DNA of 64,000 nucleotides, taken from contig QPMI01000414.1 in assembly GCA_004431415.1 (NCBI GenBank), positions 1-64,000 of the forward strand, in the 5' to 3' direction. The translations under genes and the position numbers were made by a program. Source of the stretch: Cyanophora paradoxa CCMP329 (taxonomy: Eukaryota > Plantae > Glaucophyta). Below, piece by piece: positions 54,901-64,000 of this stretch (positions are counted from its first letter, which is position 1; every line of letters starts with the position of its first letter). Under the pieces are notes generated by a model. It was not told the origin of the DNA, made no database searches, and saw only the letters and a list, made by a program, of their open reading frames with translations.

Positions 54901-57900
54901 CATCAGCAATCGCGTCAACACGACGACGGAGGTCACGCTGGCGGGCCTGCTCCCCGCTCTCGCCGGGCGCGATCTCACTGTCACGCTCACATCCGCGAGC
55001 GGCGCGTCCGTCCGCGTCGTGAACGTCACTCGCCTCGGTGCGGCCGCCTCGCAATAAATTCGCGAGCGCATTCCGGCGTGGCGCCCGGTGCCTGAGAAGG
55101 CGCGAAAACCGCTTCTGACCACGACGGGGGCCCCGTGCAGACAACGGCACGATCCGCATCGACATCGCCGCGGCGGGCGCCACACCAGGAACGTACGACC
55201 TGACGGTGGCGTCGGCCCTGCAGCCGAAGGCGCGGCTGCCGGCGTCGCTGAACGTGACGGACCTGGGGCCGCTGGCGATCGCTTACGTGGAGGACCCGGT
55301 GGTCTCGACGGTGGTGAACACGACGACGTTTGTGCGGCTCTCGGGCGTGGAGGCGGCCAACGCGCTGCGCAACGCCGCCATCCGGCTCGGGCCGTGCCAA
55401 ATCAGAGACGTGCACCTGGCGCCGGGCACGAACGACACGGTGGTCTTCACGATCCTCGCCGGGGCGCCCGCGGGCGTGTACCAGCTGAAGGTCCGCATCC
55501 ACCCTGGGGCTGAGCGTGAGAGGCGGGTGAAATGCGCGCACGAACGGCTGCTGACGGCGTGCACGTGCATGCGCAGGTCTTCTCTCCAGTGCAGGGCAGC
55601 GCGTACCTGTCGCGGGCGATCGAGATCGTCCCGAACGCGCGTGCGTCGCCCCCTGGGCCGCCCAGCGTTTCGGGCGGAGCAGCGCTTCGATTTCAGCATC
55701 GCGCGGGGAGCCTGACCGGGGCTGGGCGCGGGGCCTCGCAGCGGCGACCGTGCTTGGCATCGAGGACCCCGTCATCAGCAATCGCGTCAACACGACGACG
55801 GAGGTCACGCTGGCGGGCCTGCTCCCCGTTCTCGCCGGGCGCGATCTCACTGTCACGCTCACATCCGCGAGCGGCGCGTCCGTCCGCGTTGTGAACGTCA
55901 CTCGCCTCGGTGCGGCCGCCTCGCAATAAATTCGCGAGCGCATTCCGGCGCGGCGCCCGGTGCCTGAGAAGGCGCGAAAACCGCTTCTGACCACGATGGG
56001 GGCCCCGTGCAGACAACGGCACGATCCGCATCGACATCGCCGCGGCGGGCGCCGCACCAGGAACGTACGACCTGACGGTGGCGTCGGCCCTGCAGCCGAA
56101 GGCGCGGCTGCCGGCGTCGCTGAACGTGACGGACCTGGGGCCGCTGGCGATCGCTTACGTGGAGGACCCGGTGGTCTCGACGGTGGTGAACACGACGACG
56201 TTTGTGCGGCTCTCGGGCGTGGAGGCGGCCGACGCGCTGCGCAACGCCGCCATCCGGCTCGGGCCGTGCCAAATCAGAGACGTGCACCTGGCGCCGGGCA
56301 CGAACGACACGGTGGTCTTCACGATCCTCGCCGGGGCGCCCGCGGGCGTGTACCAGCTGAAGGTCCGCATCCGCCCTGGGGCTGAGCGCGAGAGGCGGGT
56401 GAAATGCGCGCGCGAACGGCTGCTGACGGCGTGCGCGTGCATGCGCAGGTCTTCTCTCCAGTGCAGGGCGGCGCGTACCTGTCGCGGGCGATCGAGATCG
56501 TCCCGAACGCGCGTGCGTCGCCCCCTGGGCCGCCCAGCGTTTCGGGCGGAGCAGCGCTTCGATTTCAGCATCGATATCGCGCGGGGAGCCTGACCGGGGC
56601 TGGGCGCGGGGCCTCGCAGCGGCGACCGTGCTTGGCATCGAGGACCCCGTCATCAGCAATCGCGTCAACACGACGACGGAGGTCACGCTGGCGGGCCTGC
56701 TCCCCGTTCTCGCCGGGCGCGATCTCACTGTCACGCTCACATCCGCGAGCGGCGCGTCCGTCCGCGTTGTGAACGTCACTCGCCTCGGTGCGGCCGCCTC
56801 GCAATAAATTCGCGAGCGCATTCCGGCGCGGCGCCCGGTGCCTGAGAAGGCGCGAAAACCGCTTCTGACCACGACGGGGGCCCCGTGCAGACAACGGCAC
56901 GATCCGCATCGACATCGCCGCGGCGGGCGCCGCACCAGGAACGTACGACCTGACGGTGGCGTCGGCCCTAGGCCTGCAGCCGAAGGCGCGGCTGCCGGCG
57001 TCGCTGAACGTGACGGACCTGGGGCCGCTGGTGATCGCTTACGTGGAGGACCCGGTGGTCTCGACGGTGGTGAACACGACGACGTTTGTGCGGCTCTCGG
57101 GCGTGGAGGCGGCCGACGCGCTGCGCAACGCCGCCATCCGGCTCGGGCCGTGCCAAATCAGAGACGTGCACCTGGCGCCGGGCACGAACGACACGGTGGT
57201 CTTCACGATCCTCGCCGGGGCGCCCGCGGGCGTGTACCAGCTGAAGGTCTGCATCAATATTCGCACTAAAGAAAGCCTAGGTTCCGCCTGACTTTGCATC
57301 AGGTTATGTCCCGTGTTCAAGGCAGCACGTCTAGTAACGAGTTTACATCTTTGATTGTCGAGGCGGGAGCGCCACAAGTAGCCTTTTTCCTTGATCACGT
57401 CATTTCCAACCGCATAAATGCCACAGTGATCGTTCGATTCCAAGAGCTGTTCGCTCCGGTTGACTTGAACGAGTCGAGGGTTTCCTTTGCGAACGGAACC
57501 GCGTTTGCGGCCTTCGATGCTGTGGACGTGAGGGCGTTGGAAACAGAAACGCTCGCTTTCACCGTCCCGGAAGGAGCTGCGCCCGGCTCACAAAAAATCG
57601 TCATACGGATTCCGAAGCACGCAAGAGTGGAATTGACTACAGTGTTAGTAAATGCAGAAGGTGAGTTAACGTCTAGCGCAGTTCGTTGCATGCGCAAACC
57701 TAACAAGACCGTCTTTGCGCAGCTCCAAGGCTTTCAAGACCACTTCGAGACATAATCTTTTCCAACTCCGTCAACCAGTCCATCACATTGTCGGTCGCCC
57801 ATCCAGCGAGCGCTGCAGTTGCGGATTCGCGCTCAACGGTCGTTTCCATTGGCTTCGGACGCTGGCTTGCTCCACTCGATAGCCTGCGCGTAAATACTTC

Positions 57901-60900
57901 TGCGCCGAACAATGAAACGAATCCTTCCTTGTCGACGTCCAGTGTGAACTTTGTCTACGCGGATGGCCTTCCGGCCACTTCTGCGGGGCCAGCGACTGTC
58001 AGCGTATATCTCCCTGGTTTCGGCGTCGTCTCTACAGATGTGCGGTTGACTGACGCTCTCCCGCCTGTTCCCACGACCGTGGTTCCAAACAACGGCCCTC
58101 AAGCGCTTCGTAGGTCCATAGCGATTACTTCGGTGAGTACCACAGTAGAATCCACAGTGATCATTGTTATAATTAATGGTTGGTCGACGTCGACGTCAGG
58201 CTGGACGTTTCGACCCGGCGGAATCGCTGTTCGTGTTTTTCGGCGATTTCGAAGTTTCTCCCGCGGGAGGTGCACGCTCGATCGACGCGGCGACCGTGCT
58301 GTTCGACGCTGTCGCCTCTCTTCCTGTCGGGACCTTCGACGTCACCATTCGCACGGCGTCGCGAAGCGTGGGCGTTCTTCCGGCATCGTTCACCGTAAAC
58401 CCGGGTGCGCTCAGCTTAAAATTCGACCATTTAATGAATTACATATCGCCAGCGCGTTTCTGCGCTTCAATTGGAGCCGCGGGGCAATTTGCGCTTCAAT
58501 TCGTTCGACTCTAATCGGGGGCCGCGCAGAGGTGTCGCTCACGTCCGCGTCTCCGGCTAGCTTCGTCGCAACAGCTGGAGGTCAGATAACGGTGACAGGA
58601 GGGCCGTTTATTCCGGGCGACTCGACTGCTTTGCTGCGCGTCGGATCGCTATCTTTCGCAGCGGCAGTGGAGAACGCCAGCAGGGCGTCTGCGACCATTC
58701 CCCCGCTGGCCCTTCCCATCGGCGCGTTCGCCGTTCGCTTTTCGTCAGAGAGAAGCGGAAACAGCACGGGATCGCCTCCGAATATCGCCGTTTCTGCGGG
58801 TTCGCATATGCTATCCAGTGTATTATAATAATTAAAGTACCGCTCTCTTGCTGACGCTCGATTCAGGAACCCTGGCTGTAACCGCGGTAACGCCAAGCGA
58901 CGCTCCAGTTGCAAGGCAGCTCACTATTACCCTCGAGGGCACGGGCTTCGAGCCCGCCGATACATCTCTTTCGGTGCAACTGGCATCGTCGTCGAATCAG
59001 CAGCTGAGCGCATCTGCGGAGTCAGTTAATGTCGGATCGAGAAGCCGCGCGCTCGCGATTTTCGGGCAGCTTCCAGCTTCGATCCCGCCAGGACTTGCGG
59101 ATATTATGCTCAAATCCAATTTTACGGGCGAGACCCTTCTCCGCGGAGCTCTCTTCCTGAACACACCAGCGACCATCCTGTCGATCACTCCGCAGCGCGG
59201 CCCCGCCAGCGGATTGATGACAATCACCGTTCGGAGCAGCGGCCTCCTCAGTCCAGACCCCACGCGGAGCTGGGCGATTGGCGAAAAGCCGATCAGCTTC
59301 GTTTCCGTCGACAACGACACGACGCTCCTGACCGTACCCGCCGGCACGCACCCGCCGGGGCCCTACTCCGTTCAGGTATCCTCTGCTCGGACTGGCCTTT
59401 CGTCCAGCAGCTCCAGCGTCTCTCTAGTGGCGACGAGCATAACCTCGGTCTCCCCGAGCACATTTGGAACCGGCGGAGGAATCACGGTGACAGCGACGGG
59501 CACCGGATTCTTCGACGACGCTGTCAGCGTCCGCGTCGGCGCGTGGCGCGCCATTTTCGAGCAGCGCGTCAGCGAGAGCTCAGTCATCTTCCGCACTGGT
59601 CCGGTGCCGCAGTCCGCAGCGGGATCGTACGGTGTTGACATCAGCTTCGCGGACGGAAGCTCCGCCAGCCTGCCTGTTGGGTCCATCACTCTCATCCCCA
59701 GTGCGCCATTTCGCATCTGATATATTTAATTTAGGCCACGCTGAGTGCAGTTCACGTGCACGCAGGTATCGCTGTTGTTTCTGCGGTATATTCGACGGTA
59801 AGGGCTGCTCACTACTCGTAAATCGTCATTTATTGTAACTGTTATTTGATGGCTGCTCTGCAGACCGGGTCGGGGGTCGTCCTCACGACCGACGTCGCGG
59901 CACACGACGCCTCACAGAAGCTTCAATTCAAAGAGCCAGCGAGCAAATACCTTGCCCCGGATTCAGTCTCGGCTGTCGGATCGGGTGCGCTCGAGCTCGT
60001 ATCATTGAATTTATCAATGGAATTGAACTCTCTTTCTCGCATTCGTTCAAACAGGCGCCACTTTCATGTGGACCAGTCCGAAAACGGCTGAGATCTCCTT
60101 TGGGCCCGGCTACACGCTGATACCTGGCGACTATCTTTACTTTTTGGCCGGGGTAGTCTACGCGGACGGCAGCGCGCAGGATCCCATCGCATCGCTGCAA
60201 GGCCAGATCGCGGTCTCCAGTCCGAGCGTTGTGCAGCCTCTTGAAATCGTTTTGAGCGTGCGCGCCTGAACGTTTATTTTCTCCGAATGCGCACACGCGC
60301 TGCTTACATCTGCAATTGCGCACATGCGCAGTATCCAAGCCTTGTTTCCGTATCCCAGCCCGCGGTCGTCACTTTAGAGGCGGTCTCGGGACACGCCGGA
60401 CACCCGCTGCACGTGTCTTTCACGTGCCTGTCAAGCCCGTGCCCTCCAGAAGTCTCCAGCGCAATCGCAGAGGCTTCTCGCCGGAACAACTCTGCCACCC
60501 GATCCGGCCGGCTCGGGAGCGGAAGCCTGGAGCTCCGGATCCCAGCGACGCTGGCGCCCGGATCCGAGGTGGCGATCGCGATCTCCGCCCGATCCGTCGC
60601 CTTCGCCACGAATTGGGCGGCCGTCGCGACGCTGCGCAAAGCGACCTCTGAGATTCCGGTCCTAACCGTCCTCGGAGGAAGCGTCAAGAAAACGACAACG
60701 CAGCGCGGCGTCGAGATTCGCACCGTGGCGCAGCGCCTCATGATCAGGTCGGCATCCGGAAACTCCGAGTTCTCCTCCGAAGGCATAGCGTACCGTTGGA
60801 GCGTTGGTCCGGGCACAAGCGCGCCGCAAGAGGTCAGTATATATTTGTCATGCATATGAATGCGCGGGTGGACAATTTAATTAAAATCAAGTGAATCTAA

Positions 60901-63900
60901 TTGTCGCTTCCAGGTTCTCCGCATTGTCGAACTCGAGACCTCGCCCGTGCTCCGCATCCCGCAGGGGCCTCTGAAGCGCCGGAACAAGTACCAATTCGTT
61001 GCCGTCGCGTACCTTGTCGAGAATCCATCGCAAGAAGTGACGCAAAACGTGACGATCGAAGTTTCGGCAATGCCCGTCAGCGCGCATCTATCTGGAGGTT
61101 TGCTAATCATGATCATGAATATCCTATGTGAGGCCCTTTAAAGTTTTCTTCCTCCTGACATTGACGCCAGGATCCAAGCTTTTGCGGTCTGTTTCGTCCG
61201 CGTTCGCTTTGGATGCCAGCGGAAGTCGGTCACGTGACGACCCCTCGCTCCCTCTTCTCTTCAAATGGTGCGCGCGGTTGAAATCTCTTTGACAGGGGGC
61301 CGATGTCTCACTCATATTTCTTTGCAGGTTTATCACGGCTCCAGAAAGCGCCCTCAACAAGCAAACCGTTCTCTGGGAGTCAAAGAACTGGTCTCGCTCC
61401 CCTAAGCTTTCCGTCAAGCCGTCGGATCTCTCGGAGATGACCTCTTCGAATTCGAATGGTCGTCGCGCTCTGCACGCGTTGTCCGCTTTGGCTTCCGGGT
61501 CGTCGTACCGGTTCCACTTGCTCGTCTCCGAGACAGACGAATCCTTCAGCGACTCCGCGCTCCAAGAGATCCTATCGGGAAACGTCTCCTCGACCGCCGC
61601 AGAAGTCGCGAGCAGGTTCGACGGGCAGCTGGATCTGACCTCGCAAGACGTGGAGGTCGCCGCGCAGGCCGTCCTCGATGTGTCTCTGCGGGTACGCAAT
61701 CCGCTGACAATTGCAATCTGTACGCGAGCAATCGCAATTGCATTGACGCATTTGTTCCGATTAGGTGATGGGCCAGGAGGACAGACTTAGCATGCATCTC
61801 GTCACGGGCGTGCCTATCTCGATCGTGTGCGCGGCGGCTCTCCCGAGCGGCCGATCCAGAGGCGGCGTTCCCTCGTTTAGCTGGTCGGAACCGTCCTTCC
61901 AGAACCTGTCCCTCGCGGCCCGCGCTGCGCCGATCAGCGACTCTAGCTCCGCTATCGTTCTGGACGCGGCGCAGCTCCTGTTCGGCGTCACGTACTCCGC
62001 CTCGTGCTCCGTCGAAGTCACCGGGCTCGGAAGCGGCTACGCCGAGCTTCAGTTCGCGCTGAACGCGCCGCCCACGGGCGGCACCTGCGAGGTGTCTCCG
62101 GCGAACGGGACGGCCCTAGAGACGGAGTTCACCGTCTCGTGCCGCGGCTGGGCCGACGCAGAGCTCCCCCTAACGTACCAGCCGCGGGTGACTGCGAACC
62201 TTGAACGTTCGAATTCGCTCGCCTTATGCTAAATGATTATATTGCGTGCGAGCAGATTTACAATTCGGAAAAGGGCGTTTACGTGCCCATAGGATCGCCT
62301 AGAAGCTCGGAGTCCTTCGTAACGCGGCTGCCCGCGACGTCGGCCGGGCCGGTGTCTCTCGCGGTTTTCGTGATCGATTCCATGAACGCCGCGGCCCGCT
62401 TCGACCTGGCTCCGGTATACCTTTCTATGCCGACATCCGCCGCCGTCTCGGCTGCTCTGCTGGATCTCTCGAAGAAAGCCACGACGGAAGAGATCGTGCA
62501 GGTTGTCGCCGGCGTGTCGGGCTATCTCGGACAGATGAAGCTCACACCAGGTGCCATATTTGCGAATATTAAGTAAATGATGGCGGGTTGCGTTCAGCAT
62601 ACTAAAAATCCATCCAGAAACGCGCTCGGAAGCGGAGGCGCTGTCCAAGGGCGCAGTAGCGGCTCTGGAGCTGGCGCTCCTCCTTGCGGGCGCGGACGGC
62701 GGCGAGGAGGCGCTGCTGCAGGTCGCGCTGCAGGGGATGCTCGCCGCCCAGCCGATCGCCGAGTGCGCGCGGGTCTTCGAATTCGGCTGCTGCTGTCCGC
62801 ATGCATCTTGCTTTGTTTAATGCGGAGCCTCATCCCCGCAGCCTGGCATCCGAAGCCATTGTCAAGGCACTTGCCGAATTTCTGCGAGATTTGATGGCCA
62901 ACTTTAAGGAGTGCGTGAACCTGCAAGAAATCCGTCGGGTCCGCTCCTGATTTATATGTGTGATGCTTTGATTGGTGCTTCTGATGATGATAATCTTCCC
63001 AGTTTATTGCGAGCTCTGTGGACTCGTTTGTGGGCGCTCAGTTCGCGCGCGGCGGAGCCTCCGGCGGAGCGCCGGTGGACACTGCGGACCTCTACAAAGC
63101 AGTGAAAGCCTCTGTGCTGGCACGCTTAAATTTTGCTTCCTTCTAGATATCCTGGATCTATATCGCTTGAACAATAGCCGCATGCGTGCAGGCATTTGTG
63201 AGATCGCACAGCGAGTGCTCCGTGTGCGGGGATCCGAAGCAAGAGGCCCTGAAGGAAGTCACGATCACGTACGGAAAGCTCTGCTACGTGGCGCACGGCG
63301 GCGAAGAGACGAAGTACATCGTGCAAGCCACCATCGAAGGCGGGATGGCCCCGGGCGTGGTCGGGCTTTCGAAGGAAGCGGTATCGATTGCGAAGAAGGG
63401 GAACGCGGATCCGGACGGTGAGCTAAAAAATAAACCCAGCCACGCGCGCATTTCGTGCGCTGACGCGTCTTTTTGCGATTGCGCGTGCTGCGGATCGAAA
63501 TTATTAAAGACCCCGGCTACCTCGTGACGGTACATAAATTGACTCGCATCATGCCTTTGCAGGTCTAGCTATTGGGTAGTTATCAACGCTTCTAGTCGAC
63601 AGGTGGTGCAAATGCAATCGAATCCGATCATCTTATCATCCGCAACGAACGCATCCTCGATCTTCTCGAACGTCACGGCAAACAGCTCCATTGCTCTCAT
63701 CGGAAACGGCTCTGTCTCCGTAGAAGCCTTCGCAGCCGCCGTCCAGAACTCGTCTCTGTTCGTTTTGGGATTATATGCATGCGCACGGGCGCCGAAAACA
63801 GATAAATTTAAACCTGACGACGGCCGTCGCGCAGAGACATCGTTTCTAACGTCATCGAGGTTAACTTGGGCGACGTGCGTCAAGTTTCGCGGCAATCATT

Positions 63901-64000
63901 TTTGAAGTCCTAGTCTTTGCCGCTTACCCGGGCGAGCATTACAATGAGCTGATCGCAACGATGTGAGCGCAGAACGTCACTATCAGCGGGCTGACGGATC
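42999..64000 (+). CDS. Giant surface protein, continuing past the window: signal/anchor, WD40 repeats, 5 Cys-containing beta-sandwich repeats, more than 22 IPT/TIG-like domains, PKD/REJ module
   Basis: AITAALLLGSCVMLAFKL|GLAIV; GHNDEVWQVVYAPDGSYVASASQDGSMRLWD; SVAVSPLGDRIATASGDK; ILSITPQRGPASG..ITV; ITSVSPSTFGTGGGITVTATGTGF; FALDASGSRS; LNAPPTGGTCEVSPANGTALETEFTVSCRGWAD..PLTY (REJ). Many N-x-S/T sequons. Confidence 0.8.
47758..57247 (+). repeat. Intragenic tandem array of 11 three-exon units (938 bp x2, then about 871-878 bp), each encoding about 194 aa = two IPT/TIG-like domains
   Basis: Unit starts at about 47758, 48696, 49634, 50505, 51377, 52248, 53123, 53998, 54870, 55742, 56620. Type II exons are 168+350+64 nt. 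Introns are near-identical within each type. Confidence 0.95.

Noticed and set aside
47847-57171. Repeated minus-strand 340-aa ORFs and unspliced plus-strand ORFs
   Set aside because: By-products of the GC-rich array; the spliced three-exon plus-strand model explains the region with canonical sites.

Overview
GC-rich, intron-rich eukaryotic genomic DNA, probably a protist or alga (species not identifiable from sequence alone). Introns are short, with GTGCGC/GTCCGC/GTTCGT-type donors, CTGAC/CTAAC branch points and GCGCAG acceptors. 1-17.1 kb is a retroelement block: a >12.7-kb minus-strand non-LTR element (APE endonuclease, RT, RNase H) preceded by a very long hydrophobic, Pro-rich ORF containing a 126/132-bp tandem array, with a structured 5' end that partly fits an HDV-like ribozyme; a 5'-truncated plus-strand L1/Tx1-like LINE; and a tRNA-derived SINE with a 16-bp TSD. 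17-34 kb is a rearranged cluster: a beta-helix gene and a truncated one, two F-box/LRR-like genes plus a partial duplicate, and a spliceable gene with an apparent CBM48 - TIR-like - coiled-coil - RING architecture. 34-41 kb holds two hypothetical genes, an intact EMG1/NEP1 gene with one GC-AG intron, and a Tc1/mariner-type MITE. 43-64 kb+ is one giant surface-protein gene: WD40 repeats, 5 Cys-containing beta-sandwich repeats, an 11-copy 3-exon tandem array of IPT/TIG-like domains, more IPT-like domains and a REJ module. Comparing paralogous copies also shows a recurrent 6-bp insertion signature XYZ -> XYZ-revcomp(XYZ)-XYZ. Many frameshifts are 1-bp losses in homopolymers and may be sequencing errors. 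All domain calls are by eye, without database searches.
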